Assembly: GCF_009914755.1 (NCBI RefSeq)
Contig: NC_060938.1
Reading direction: 5' to 3' (one strand)
DNA: 64,000 nucleotides
From: the human T2T-CHM13v2.0 reference genome, Homo sapiens
Shown piece after piece: positions 1-12,886 of this stretch (position 1 is its first letter; each line of letters opens with the position of its first letter). The translations under genes were made by a program, and so were the position numbers. The notes below the pieces were generated by a model. That model did no database searches, was not told where the DNA came from, and was given only the letters and a program-made list of their open reading frames with translations.

Positions 1-827
1 AGATTTTTTTCCCCTGGGGCAAATACTAAGAAAGTGCCTAACATTAAGATGTTAAAGACATTTAATCCCAGAAATAGAGAAGCATAAAATTGAAGGTATG
101 ACAATAGGAACTGATTTGTTAAAATGGCCAAATCAATAAAGGTTAATGTCAAAGAACTATGCATTCTGATGAATTCTCATGGCCAAGCAGATTGATCGGT
201 GTTTCATTTCCTTATCATTTCATTTATTTTCAAAGTTTTGAAATTGAACCATGTGCTTCAACTGATGAAAATTATATTAACTTTGTGAGATATGAAATTC
301 ACAGCTTCTTTACATGGAGTAATGAGAAATAAATTCTATGACTTTAAAGATGTCAAACCTATTTTAAAAGCCTTTTAAAAAGATGTAAAACCTATTAATA
401 GCTAAACAAAGTAAAAACATTTTAAAGAAATTATATGATTTGTTTTTTAATTTTTAGCATATGTTATGTTGACTCTTAGAACAACGGAAAAACTATCGAC
501 ATTTGTTCGTCTAAAAATTTACTTCTAAACATATTCTCAATTATTAAAGAAATGCACCAATATATTAATCTTTATCAGACTATTTTACTGAAATAGAATT
601 GATATAATGTTGTTTAATATAATCAGAAAGCATAGTAGAAATACATAGTACCCTATTATATCTTATTGCCCAAGGAAGAAACTTAATGAGGAAAATTTAA
701 AGTGGCATTCAAAGAGCAAAATTCTTCATGAAACTTATTTAATTTTCTAGTAGAATGATGTTTACCTATATTTAATACAAAAGGAAATTACAAATTATTA
801 ATGGAAGGTTAAAATTGGGTATCACTA

Positions 828-1313
828 TTATGATACACAAAATGATGGCTTCCTGAAGTTGTTCATGTCCTAGTCCCCAAAATACATGAATATGTTACAT
901 TATATAACAGAGGGTAATTAAGATTGCAGATGAATTTAAGTTTGCTAATCAGGTGACCTTAAATTCAAGAGATTATCCTGGATTATCCATGCTGGTCCAA
1001 TGTGACCACAAGAGTTTTTAAATGTGCAAGAAGGGAAAGAGTCATTGGCAGAATAAATGCAATGTGAGAAAGACTACAATGGCCATTTCTGCTTTGATGA
1101 TGGAAAGGGGCCAGAATCTAGGAAAGGCAAATAGCTTGTAGAAGCTGGAAAAAGCAAGTAAACAATTCTTTCCTAGAGCCTCCACAACAAATCCAGCCTT
1201 GCCAATATCTTGATTTTAGGCCAGTGAGACCCATTCAGACTTTTCACCTCCAGAACAGCAAGATTATAGATTTGTATTATTTAGGTCACCTAAATTTGTG
1301 GTAATTTGTTACA
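828..1313 (+). mobile_element. MLT1D-like MaLR solo LTR with disrupted 3' end
   Basis: Typical MLT1 motifs: gagattatcctggattatcc, agaagctggaaaaagcaag, cttgattttaggccagtgagaccc and aaatttgtggtaatttgttaca. Confidence 0.85.
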
Positions 1314-2269
1314 AATTTGTAACATGTTGGGTGATGGGTGCATCAAAATCTCAGAAATCACCAATGTCATAACAATAATTACAACAATAATAACAAAATT
1401 ATTATGATGTTGTATCAATTTCCTATCATTGTTGTAACTACAATTTTTCTGGAAATTTTAGGATTAAAATTTTGAGACCAATTAAAGGAGAGGGACCTAG
1501 CAATAGTGGTAGCCACAGTTACTATTAGCCACGTTAGCTACTTTGTTAGAGTTTATGAAGTTCTTTTATGTATTTCATGGGCGCTTTATTATAATTCAGC
1601 CAAGTAGAAGTGGCCACGTTGATGTTCCTTAACAGCTAAGGAAACAGAGCCTCAGACAGATGATGTGGCACATAAAGAGATGACACTCAGTCCCTGGACT
1701 TTCCTCTATAGATTCTGGGCTCTTTGGCCTGTGTGTTGGTACCCAGCACAGGTAGGCACAGAGAAGACTTTTAACAGAATTGAAACTTGTTTCTATTCCC
1801 AAGGTCTCAATGACAATTTGGAGAGTTGGCAGCTACTTGGGTTTCAAACCAGCCTTAAAAGTTCTGAACGTCTTTGAATCTGCTCTTCATAAATCTTCCA
1901 GGGTTTTGTTTGTGGGTAGGTGACTACAAGGAAATTACAGTTTCTTGTGAGTTTCTATTATGACCTTGAGAAAATAGTAAACAACTTCATTTATTTCCTG
2001 AGCTAAGAGAATCTCATACTTCAGTTGCTAGGAAAATTGAGAGAACAAATGACTTTCCTTCCTAGGGAGAGTTTCCTTTTTTCAAGTTTCATGTTTCAAT
2101 TTATTTGGATAATTCATTTTATTTTAAATTTAATATTACTGAACTAATTCCATTTTTAACTTATGATTTATATCAGTCATGGAGTAAGAAGTTCGAAGCC
2201 GTTATTAAAGAATGGCCGTGGGTAAAATGATTGGATTCTGCCATGGAACATGGTAAGCTAGTGGGCCAG

Positions 2270-2490
2270 TATTGTGTAGTAATTTTAAGTGCAGAATGCT
2301 TGAGTTTTAATTCTGGGATCCCCCTTCCTAGCTGTGTGACTTTGGGCAAGCTGTTTATCTCTTTGTGCTACAAATTGTTTATCTGTAAAATAGGAGTTTT
2401 AAAAGTTATTAACTTGCTGGATTTACATGATAATTAATTGAGGTAATATACGGAAAGTTCTTAGAACAGTGCTAAGTGTTAGTTACATGA
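2270..2490 (+). mobile_element. MIR SINE fragment
   Basis: MIR core tagctgtgtgactttgggcaag...atctgtaaaatagg, then aaagttcttagaacagtgct. Confidence 0.75.
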
Positions 2491-4079
2491 TTCCTGTTTA
2501 AATAATTCATTACTATTAAAAGGGAAGAGAAACTACCTTCAAAAATAGTACTGTCTAGCCTTAATATAATTAATCTGTCTGACCCTAGCTACCACTATAA
2601 CCAAGGTAAATTTTTTGCAAGTCATAAGAAAACTAATGATTATCTGATACTCCAAAAATTTGTTTCCTAAAAAATCAAAGATTTTGTCTTCAAATTGGAG
2701 CTGTTTAACCATCCGTTAATGGAGACAACCACATGGAATTTAAAAAATGTGATAGGTAGAGCAAATTATCATTGAGTTCTTAGTAGAACATTTTCTCCAC
2801 ATTTCTCTGTTGTATACACCATCAGGAGGAATAAACAATTTCACAAAGTTGCCAAAATGTTAGCATTTTTACTGAAAACGCCTAGTCATAGTTTTGTTTT
2901 CTGCAAGTTATTTTAAAAATTGGTGACATTATTCATAAGCAAAAAGAATCATTTTATGTAGTATGTGGCATTCTATACCTGAAACAAAAACAACAACAAC
3001 AGTGGAACAAATCTGCAATGTAAAAAATAGGTAAAAATAAATATCTTATTAGAAACAAAATAGGCAGTGCTTTTAAGGCACATGTTCAAATAATAAGCAA
3101 AAAATAAAAATGTTATTTGCTTAAAGAGATGTTTAGCTCTCAGGAAGGCAGTAGTGATTCTAAATCAATGGGATAAATATCAGCAATAACAAAGGTGATT
3201 AATAAACTACTTTTTGTTAAATATATAATTGTTTATTGGAGAAACTGGAATTCTTAATTTTAGCATTATTAATTTCTTCGTGGAAAATAGAGCCTCATTT
3301 TATCTCAACATTTAAATAGAGTCATATTTTTAAAGATATTTATTGTTATTATTTTTTATTTCAATAGTTTTTGGGGAACAGGTGGTGTTTGCTTACATGG
3401 ATAAGTTCTTTAGTGGTGATTTCTGAGATTTTGATGTACCCATGACCCTAGCAGAGTACACTGTACCCAATATGTAGTCTTTTATCTCTCACTTGGCTTC
3501 CTTTCCACCCTTCCCCCCAAGTCCCCAAAGTCCATTGTATCATTCTTATGCCTTTGCATCCTCATAGCTTAGCTCCCACTTATAAGTGAGAACATATGAT
3601 GTTTGGTTTTCCATTCCTGAGTTACTTCACTTAGAGTAATGGTCTCCAGTTCCATCCAGGTTGCTGCAAATGCCATTATACTTTCCTTTATATGGCTGAG
3701 TAGTATTCCATGATATATATATATCACATATATATCATATGTGTTACGTTAACACATAGATATACATAAATATCTATATATATCAGATTTTCTTTATCCA
3801 CTCATTCATTGATGAGCATCTGTGCTGGTTCCATATTTTCGCAATTGTGAATTGTGCTGCTATAAACATGTGTGTGCAAGTGTCTTTTTCATATAACTTC
3901 TTTTCCTTTACGTAGATACCCAGGAGTGGGATTGCTGGATCAAATGGTAGATCTACTTTTAGTTCTTTAAGGAATCTCCATACTGTTTTCCGGTGTGCTT
4001 GTGCTAGTTTACATTCCTACCAGCAGCGTAAAAGTGTTCCTCTTTTACCACATCCATGCTAATATCTATGATTTTTTGA

Positions 4080-6440
4080 TTTTTAAATTATGGCCATTGT
4101 TGCAGGAGTAAGGTGGTATTGCATTGTGGTTTTGATTTGCATTTACCTGATTATTAGTGATGTTGAGCATTTTTTCATATGTTTGTTGACCATCTGTGCA
4201 TCTTTTGAGAATTGTCTATTCAAGTCCTTAGCCCACTTTTTGATGGGATTATTTGTTTTTTTTCTTGCTGATTTATTTCAGTTCCTTGTAGATTCTGGAT
4301 GTAAGTCCTTTGATGGATGTATGGTTTGTGAAAATTTTCTCCCACTCTATGGGTTGTCTGTTTACTCTGCTGATTACTTCTTTTGCTGTGCAGAAGCTTT
4401 TCAGTTTAATTAGGTGCCATTTATTTATTATTGTTTTTGTTGCACTTGATTTGGATTCTTAGTCATGAACTCTTTGCCTAAGCCAATGTTCAGAAGAGTT
4501 TTTCCAATGTTATCTGCTAGAATTTCTACGGTTTCAGGTCTTAGATTTAAGTCTTTGGTCCATCTTGAGTTGATTTTTGTATAAGGTGAGAGATGAGGAT
4601 CCAGTTTCATTCTTCCACATGTGGTTTGCCAATTATCCCAGCACCTTTTGTTTAAGAGGGTCTGCTTTTCCCACTTTATGCTTTTGTTTTCTTTGTTGAA
4701 GATCAGTTGGCTGTAAGTATTTGGCTTAATTTTTGGGTTCTTTATTCTGTTACATTGGTTTATGTGCCATTTTTATACCAGTACCATGCTATTTTGGTGA
4801 CTACACCTTTGTAGTATAGTTTGAAGTCAGGTAATGTGATGCCTCCAGATTTGTTCTTTTCACTTGGTCTTGCTTTGGCTATGTAGGCTCTTTTTTGGTT
4901 TCATATGAATTTTAGGATTGGTTTTTCTAGTTCTGTGAAGAATGATGTGGTATTTTTATGGGAATTGCATTGAATCTGTAGATTGCTTTTGGCAGTATGG
5001 TCATTTTTTCAATATTGATTATACCTATCCATGAGCATGGGACGTGTTTACATTTGTTTGTGTAGTTTGTGATTTCTTTCAGCAGTGTTTTGTAGTTTTC
5101 CTGGTGAAAGTCTTTCACCTTCTTGGTTAGGTATATTCCTAAGTATTTTATTTTTTGTTGCAGCTATTGTAAAAGGGGTTGAGTTCTTGACTTGATTCTC
5201 AGCTTGGTTGCTGTTGGTGTGTAGCAGTGTTACTAATTTGTGTACATTGATTTTGTAGCCTGAAACTTTACTGAATTCATTTATCAGAGCCATGAGCTTT
5301 TTGGATGAGTCTTTAGGGTTTTCTGGGTATATGATCATATCATCAGTGAACAGTGACAGTTTGACTTCCTCTTTACCAATTTGGATGACCTTTATTTTTT
5401 TCTTTTGTCTAATTGCTTTGGCCAGGACTTCTAGTACTATGTAAAATAGAAGTGGTGAAAGTGGGCATCCTTGTCTTGTTCTGGTTGTCAGGGAAAATAT
5501 TTTCAACTTTTCCTCATTCAGTATAATGTTGGCTTTTATTACCTTAAGGGCTATTTCTTCTATGCCAGTTTTGCTGAGGGTTTTAATCATAAAGGGATGC
5601 TGGATTTTGTCAAATGCTTTTTCTGTGTCTATTGAGATAATTATATGATTTTTTAAAATTCTGTTTATGTAGTGTATCACATTTATTGACTTGCATATGT
5701 TAAACCATCCCTGTATCTGTGGTATGAAACCCACTTGATCATGGTGGATTATCTTTTAGATATGCTGTTGGATTTGGTTAGCTAGTATTTTGTTGAGAAG
5801 TTTTGCATCAATGTTCATCAGGGATACAGGTCTGTAGGTTTTGTTTGTTTGTTTTTGTTATGTCCTTTCCTGTTTTGGTATTAGGGTTATACTTGCTTCA
5901 TAGAATGATTTAGGGAGGATTCACTCTTTCTCTATCTTTTGGAATAGTTTCAGTAGGTTTGGTACCAATTCTTTTTTAAATATCTGATAGAATTAAGCTA
6001 GAATCCATCTGGTCCTGGATGGACTTTTTTTTGTTGGCAATTTTTAAAATTACCATTTAATCTTGCTGCTTGTCCTTGGTCTGTTCAGAGTTTCTATTTC
6101 TTCCTGCTTTCATCTAGAAAAATTGTATATTTCCAGGAGCTTATTCATTTCCTCTAGGTTTTCTAGTTTGTGTGCATAAAGGTATTCACAGTGGCTTTGA
6201 ATGATTTTCTATATTTCTGTGGTATTGGTTGTAGTAGCTCCCATTTCATTTCTAGTTGAGCTTATTTGGATCTTCTCTCTTCTTTTCTTTGTTAATCTTT
6301 CTAATGGTCTATTGATTTTGTTTATGTTTTCAGAGAACCAGCTTTTTAAAAATTTATATGTCGTGTTTTTTTTGGTTTTAGCTCTGCTCTGATATTTATT
6401 ATTTATTTTCCTCTGCTGGGTTTGGGTTTGGTTTGTTCTT
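4080..6440 (-). pseudogene. Degenerate L1 ORF2 (RT and C-terminal part; endonuclease domain missing)
   Basis: ORF track fragments [40 protein letters not shown] and KLDPHLSPYTKINSRW, with many stops and frameshifts. Confidence 0.9.
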
Positions 6441-6449
6441 TGGTTTGAA

Positions 6450-7400
6450 GTCCTTTTAGCAGTACTTGTGGTGCTGGCTTGGTAGTAGCAAATTTTCTCA
6501 GCATTTATTTGTCAGAAAAGGCTATCTTTCCTTCATTTATGAACTTAGTTTCACTGGATATAAAATTCTTCACTCATAGTTGTTTTGTTTAAGAAGGCTA
6601 AAGATAGGATCCCAATCCCTTCTAGCTTGTAGGATTTCTACTGAGAAATCTGCTGTTAATCTTATAGGTTTTCCTTTATAGGTTACCTGATGCTTTTGCC
6701 TCATAGCTCTTAAGATTCTTTCCTTCATCTTGACTTTAGATAACCTGACGACTATGTGCCTAGGTGATGATCTTTTTGCAACAAATGTCCCTGGTACTTT
6801 TTGAGCTTCTTGTATTTGGATGTCTAGATCTCTAGCAAGGCCAGAGTTTTCCTCGATTATTTCCTCAAATAAGTTTTCCAAACTTTTAGATTTGTCTTCT
6901 TCCTCAGCGACACCAATTATTCTTAGGTTTGATCATTTAACATAATCTCAAACTTCTTGGAGGCTTTTTTCATTAAAAAAATTTTTTTTTCTTTGTTGGA
7001 TTGGGTTAATTCAAAAGCCTTGTCTCCATGCTCTGAAGTTCTTTCTTCTACTTGTTCAATTATATGGTTAAATCTTTCCAGGGTATTTTGCATTTCTTTA
7101 GGTGTGTCTTTGATGTGCAGAAGTTGTGATTATTTTTTATTTATAATATCTCTTTATCTGGAGATTTTTTGGTCCATATCCTGTATTATTTTAAAAATTT
7201 CTTTAAATTGTTTTTCACCTTTCTGATGCCATCTTAAGTAGCTTAATAATCAATTTTCTGAATTCTTTTCCAGGCAATTCAGAGATTTCTTCTTGGTTTG
7301 GATCCATTGCTGGTGAGCTAGTGTAATCTTTCAGGAGAGTTGTAGAAACTTGTTTTGTCATATTACCAGAATTGTTTTTCTGGTTTCTTCTCATTTGGGT
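6450..7400 (-). pseudogene. Degenerate L1 ORF1
   Basis: ORF 6570-6881: ARDLDIQIQEAQ...SSPRHIVVRLSKVKMKERILRAMRQKHQVTYKGKPIRLTADFS. Confidence 0.9.
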
Positions 7401-8619
7401 AGACTATGTCAGAGAAAAGATTTGGGACTCAAGGGCCACTGTTCAGATTCTTTTGTCCCATAGGGTCATCCCTTGATGTAGTCGTCTCCCCCTTCCCCTA
7501 GGGATGGGCTTCCTGAGAGCCAAGCCAGACTGCAGTGATTGTTATTGCTCTTCTGGGTCTAGCCACTCAGCAGAGCTACCAGCTTCTGGGCTGATACTAA
7601 GGAGTTTCTGCAAAGAGTTCTATGATATGATCTGTCTTCAGGTCTGTCAGCAATGGGTGCCAGCAACCTGCACTGGTGGAGGTAGCAGGGGAGTGAAGTG
7701 GACTCTCTGAGAGTCCTTGGTTGTAGTTTAATGCACTGGTTTTCTTGAATGCTGCTTATGCTAGCAGTGAGGTTGTCATGTGGACAGACTCAGGACCTCT
7801 GGTTAAGGATCTCCGAGTAGCCAGGATGCTGTAGGTGGTGGGATTAGCTGTTGTTTTCTCCTTCCTTGGAGCAGGGTTGTTCTGAGTTATTGTAATAGCT
7901 TGAGTTGGTTAGCCTCCAGCCAGTAGGTGGCGCTTTCAAGTGAGCATCAGCTGTGGTAGCATAGGGAGAATACAAGCTTGGCCTTAGGTCATCTGGATAA
8001 GTATTTGGTTTTCTCAGGGTTAGAGCATGGGGAGAGATGAGAAAGAAGACAAAACAAGAAAATGGCTTATCAGTTGAGACAGGTTTATTGAGAGTAAACC
8101 TCAGAAGGGCTTCTGGCTGGCAGGGTCAGGAGAAAACTTTTTTTTACAGCCTGAGGCTTTTTAAAAACGTACTAGTGGGGGAAGTGTTTTCTGAGAGAGG
8201 TTCCTATTGGGGCTCTGAGAGAGGTTCCTTATTGGGGAGGGGTTAGAGGAATGCTGGCTGGTTGGGACTGCTGGGGACTTTGATAAGCTTGGTTAGGGTG
8301 GTTATGTGCTGTTAAAGATATAGATGGGGCTGACTTTTGCAGTTTGGTCAGGTGGCAATGGCCAGTTCTGAGAAACTTGATACTTTAAGGTGGTGGAGTC
8401 TCGTTAAGATGGCAGTACTCTTGTCCTATCAATCTGGACTCTATGGTTAGATAAGGAGATGGGCCAGTGTACTTTTTCTGGCTACTTCCTGCTGAAAGGG
8501 GGCCATGAGATTGTTGGTTCTGGATTGACTGGAGGAGTAGCACCGTCTTCAGGTGTTCTGGGGTGGCAGCTTGTGAGATGGCTGTAATTCTGTTGGTAAG
8601 GAACATTTAACTAGGAACT

Positions 8620-8945
8620 GATTTGGTTTTCTTGTTGCTCCCTAATTCTTTTAACTCTTTTCTTAAGTTTTGAGCTGGCATCCCTTACCAAGCCTGACTG
8701 GTTGAGATAGAAGCAGCATTCTTCCTGTATGGAGAGGCAGAGACCTCCTCTGCTGTAAGGAGGTTGAGTCCTCTCCAGTTTTAGAGGACTACTCCAGCTA
8801 GGGAGTCTAGCAGGTCTTGAATTCTTACAAGGTCCTTGGCTATATCTACCAAGGATTCTTATAGGTCTGTGGAGAGAGCCTTAAAATATGAGAGTGAAGT
8901 GGCTAGTCCCCTAGCTTCTAAACCAATGCCTGAGCTGATGCACAA
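8620..8945 (-). pseudogene. ERV env transmembrane-subunit remnant
   Basis: Hand translation: [52 protein letters not shown] /frameshift/ [22 protein letters not shown]. This is an immunosuppressive domain plus the CX6CC motif. Confidence 0.88.
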
Positions 8946-8949
8946 ATTG

Positions 8950-9718
8950 AGTGGCTTCCTCCACCTTTCAGCTCTTGGCCAAAGCCATCCCTACCTACTT
9001 TTGTGCTAGGAACTGAAACCACCCCCCATCCAAAGTTACAGGGCCAACACCTGGCTTTAGCACTATAACTCAAACCCATCCCATTGTTTGGGATAAAATT
9101 CTCCATTCTTGGTGGCCCACCACTCCCCAATCAAAATTTCATTAAAGTATCCTTCTCGTACATCACTGTCCAACAGTATTTCCTCAGCCCTGATGGTTTC
9201 AAGGACTCAAGCCCATCATCTCCCGACTGTTAACTGCCAGTGTCCTCATTCCAACCCACTCCCTTCATAACACCCCTGTTCTTCTGGTCCAAAAACCAGA
9301 TGGGTCCTACTGGCTCCTCCAGGACCTTCATCAAATCAGTTCTTCTGTCATTCCCGCACACCGAGTCGTCTTAATCCCTATACACTTCTCTCCAGAATCC
9401 CCCCTCATACCAGCCATTTTTCAGTACTAGACCTCAAAGATGCCTTTTTTTTTACTATACCTCTACACCCTTCTCTTAAAATTTGTTTCACCTGAACGGA
9501 TCCAGACACCAACCTCTCCCAACAGCTCACATGGACTGTCCTCCCCCAGGGTTTCAGGGACAGCCCTCACTTTTTTGGACAGGCCCTTCAAGCAAACCTC
9601 TCTAAGTGTTGGCTAACCCTAGCACCCTCCTCCAATATGTTAATGATCTACTACTCTGTTCCTCTTTGGAGGAACTCTCCATTCAGCATACTGTTACCCT
9701 TTTAAACTCCCTTGCCCT
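8950..9718 (+). pseudogene. ERV pol (reverse transcriptase) remnant, inverted relative to its provirus
   Basis: The + strand encodes LDLKDAFF (~9430), WTVLPQGFRDSPHFFGQAL (~9530) and LQYVNDLLLC (~9630), which are gammaretrovirus-like RT motifs. Confidence 0.9.
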
Positions 9719-11379
9719 GGTAGAGGTTCCTATCAGGGAGGGGTTAGGGGAGTGCTGGCTGGTTGTGACTGCTAGGGACTTTAATAAGCTTAGTTAGGGT
9801 TGTTCTGCTCTATTAAAGATATAGGTGGGGCTGACTTTGCGGTTTGGTCAGGTGGCAACAGACAGTTCTGAGAAAGGGAAACTTGATACTTTAAGGTGAT
9901 GGAGTCTTGTTAAGATGGCCATACTCTTGTCCTATCACTCAGGTGATGAATGGGGCCACAGAGCTCCCACAAATTTCTATGTTTTGTTTTTGCCTACCAG
10001 AGTGGGTAGAGAAAGACCATCAGGTGGTGGCATATTAGGCATGTCTGAGTTAAGACTCTCCTTGGGTGGGGCTTGTTGTGGCCACTGTGGGGGATGCGGG
10101 CTGGTTCTCAGGCCAATGGAGTTATGTTCCAGGGGAGATTATGGCTGCCTCTGCTGCTTTGTACAGGTTTCCAGGGAAGTAGGTGAAAGCTGGCACTGAG
10201 AGGCCTCACTTAGCTTCCATGCAGCCAGTAAGGCTAGTCTCACTTCTGCCATGCTTCCCCAATAGCCAACAGAGCTGAATTTATATCCAGGCTTCTGATA
10301 TGCAGGGCTGTGATCTTGCCCCAGGCTACCAGCCTCCCTGCTGAGAAAGCAAGCAGGGCTTTCAGGCCCTGCCCCTCCCTGCCTGCCATGGCTTCTGTGC
10401 TTGACTCTGCACTTCCCATTCACTGCCCCCCTGGATTCTGCCTGGGAAAATTTGTGCTTGGTCAAAATTATTACAAAGTTCAGCTGGAAGTCTCCTTCTC
10501 CCTGTGGTCATTCCCTAGTTACCCTGGCTGCCCTCCCCAAGGACCCCTGTGAGAAAAAGTCAGAAATGGCTTCGCTGGGTTTTTCTGGGGACTGGGAGTG
10601 CCTGTAGGGCTCTTCCTGCTGCTTCTTGTACTTTTATATTTCACTCAACTCTCTAACTTTGTTTCAGCTCTAGGTAAGGTTAAATCCTTCTTCTGTGATC
10701 TAGATTTTCAGGTTCCCCAGTGAGGATGTGTGTTGGGAGGTGGACTTTCATACTTTCACACTTTGGGCACTCACAGTTTTTTGGCTGTCTCACAGAGTTT
10801 GCAGTGGCAAGCTACTTCTTTCAAAGGGTCTGTGAATCTTTCAGTTTTCCTGGTATGTTCCTGTGGTGGTTCTTGGAGCAAATGTTTATTATGTGAATCT
10901 CCATATGCTGTTCTGTCCATCTGAGTGGAAGCTGCAAGTTAGTCCTGCGTCCTATCTGCCGTTTTTTGCTTTTTTCCTTAAATATATTTTCCTCTATAAC
11001 ATGACTCATGCAGTTTATGTCATATAAACTGCAAAATGCCAATGGAATCTGAGTTGTAAAGAATTTGTAGCATAATAATTGCTGGTTTATTAAAATAGAT
11101 AAGTACCAAAAATAGGAAAATAACCACCATAACTCACATCTTTATTATGACTTCACTTTTGAAGGATAATTTTTAGCAGGGTATATATTTATAGACTGGC
11201 AGTTATTTTCCCTAAGAACTTGAACTAGTGATTTTATGTTGCTGCTACCTAAATCCTGGCACCTATAGTCTACATAACAAGGTCTTATATTGGCATTTTG
11301 GAATTTCTGCTGAGGGATTATATTGAGACTAGGACAGATCTAGTAATCAAATCAGGCTAGATCTGATCATATTTGAGAC

Positions 11380-12730
11380 TAGTAACCTTTAAGGATTAGT
11401 ATTCAGGAAAAATAAAGAACTACAAATCAATAAAGGAAAGAAACAACATGTAAAATGGGCATAGCATATAAATAGGGATTTCATAGAGGAGAAAAATTGA
11501 ACCTCTAATGAACATTTGAAAAGATAATAAACTCATTGATAATCAGTGATATTCAAATGAGATACTATTGCGCACATATGAAATTGGCAAAAATTAAAAA
11601 GATTGAGCTTATGATGTATTGATAATCATGTCAAGAAATAGGAACTCTTGAATACTGCTAATGAATTTTATAAATTGATAGTAATAACTATTGCAGTATT
11701 TTAGCCTATGAAAAATTTTAGTGGATAAATTGAACAAAGACTTTATTCAAAACTGTTGTGATAGGGAAGAGAGATTGAAGTCAATTCCACTTTAACAAAA
11801 AGTGAGAGGGATTTTAAGCTTTGAGCTGAGCTCATGGAAAAAGTTCTGGAAGGCTTTAGAGGAGAGGTTGGTCAATGTGATTAGGCCATCTCTGTTTGCT
11901 AATTGTTGCTTATTGAAGTTAGGCTCTTACCCTCCCACAGAAACCAGAATATTGGGGTGTTGCCATTCTTGATAATTACTTTTCAAAGGGGATGTTGCTA
12001 GGTCCTTGAGGAAGACTTTCCTGAGATGCAAAACTGGCATTCTGGGGTTATAAAACAAGAGGATTTTAAGAAGATTTACTTCTCTAAGGGGCAGAGAAAT
12101 AATTTGCAATTACAAATTTTCTGAAGTAAATGCTCTAAGAAAAGGGAAGTCAGGGGCCTACAGTCAGGAAGAAACCTATCTAAAGTTGAGTCAAACTAAA
12201 GAGAATGTTAAGGCCATCTTGGTTTCTTTGAAGAACAATTTGGTAATATCTGGTAAGGTTAAAGATGCATACAATCAAGGACCCAGACATTCTATTTCTA
12301 AATATATACTCTAGGGAAATTATTGCACCTGTGCACCAGGAGATATGTGCAACAAAATTCATTGTAACATTACTAGTAGCAAAAGGTTGGGGAAAGGAGA
12401 AACATTCATCAAAAGGAGAATGAATGAAAGTATATTATGGAGTATTTATACAATAAAATACCAATGTCAAGGAAAAAATACAAGTTCCAGAATAAAATAG
12501 GTAATGTAATACATTTACACAATGCTATATCTTCATGAATAAAATTATGCATAGGAATTATACCAACTTTTTTTTAAAGATAGCAGCGTTAGTGTAGGGG
12601 GAAGAAAAGAGAATGAGATTGAATTGGGTTATGTTGAGAGCTTCAGTTCTCTCTATAGCATTTTATTTCTTAAAGAAAAAAATTATCAGAAGCAATTATG
12701 GCCACAATTTTAGACATTTTACATAAAATA
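11380..12730 (+). mobile_element. Old L1M (L1ME-like) 3' region split by an LTR
   Basis: Degenerate L1 3' motifs: aaattggcaaaaattaaaaa, caatttggtaatatctggtaagg and ctatttctaaatatatactctaggg. Confidence 0.65.
11705..12224 (-). mobile_element. ERV1 solo LTR (MER67/MER31-like)
   Basis: The minus strand starts accaagatggccttaacattc...actttagataggtttcttcctgactgtaggcccctgac; the polyA signal reads tttatt on + near 11742. Confidence 0.7.
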
Positions 12731-12886
12731 CTTTAAACTTTCAAAATAGAAAGTAACCTTACAACTTCCTAACTTGCTGAAGTTTAAGCTCACTGAAAGT
12801 TTAAATTGCAGTAGCTCTGTAGGAAATATAAATATACGGTATTGGTCTTTGTGTATATTTTAATATAAATGGTATCATATGTACCT

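Larger units (their letters stand above)
8018..9937 (-). mobile_element. Deleted and rearranged class I ERV (HERV-F/H-like; LTR resembles LTR19/LTR46 group)
   Basis: Two LTR copies end in ...cttgtcctatca (8018-8431 complete, ~9720-9937 partial). A 5-bp TSD ctcag lies at 8013-8017 and 9938-9942. Env and pol remnants lie between the LTRs. Confidence 0.88.
3342..10977 (-). mobile_element. L1PB-family LINE-1 running from 5' end to tail, with a ~1.1 kb internal deletion and a nested ERV
   Basis: L1PB-type 3' end (caggtggtgtttgcttacatggataagttctttagtggtgattt), ORF2 and ORF1 remnants, and a 5'UTR ending ttagtcctgcgtcctatctgccg. Probable TSD ttaaagatattt (3330-3341) / ttaaatatattt (10978-10989). Confidence 0.93.

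Noticed and set aside
340-400. ~20-bp direct repeat aaagatgt(c/a)aaacctatt
   Set aside because: Ordinary small slippage duplication in AT-rich DNA.
5048-5734. Longest ORF (228 aa) with RT motifs
   Set aside because: Decayed L1 ORF2 fragment with a deletion and frameshift; not a host gene or a novel reverse transcriptase system.
8620-8945. Possible syncytin-like domesticated env
   Set aside because: Stop codons (including one in the immunosuppressive domain), a frameshift and loss of the SU subunit.
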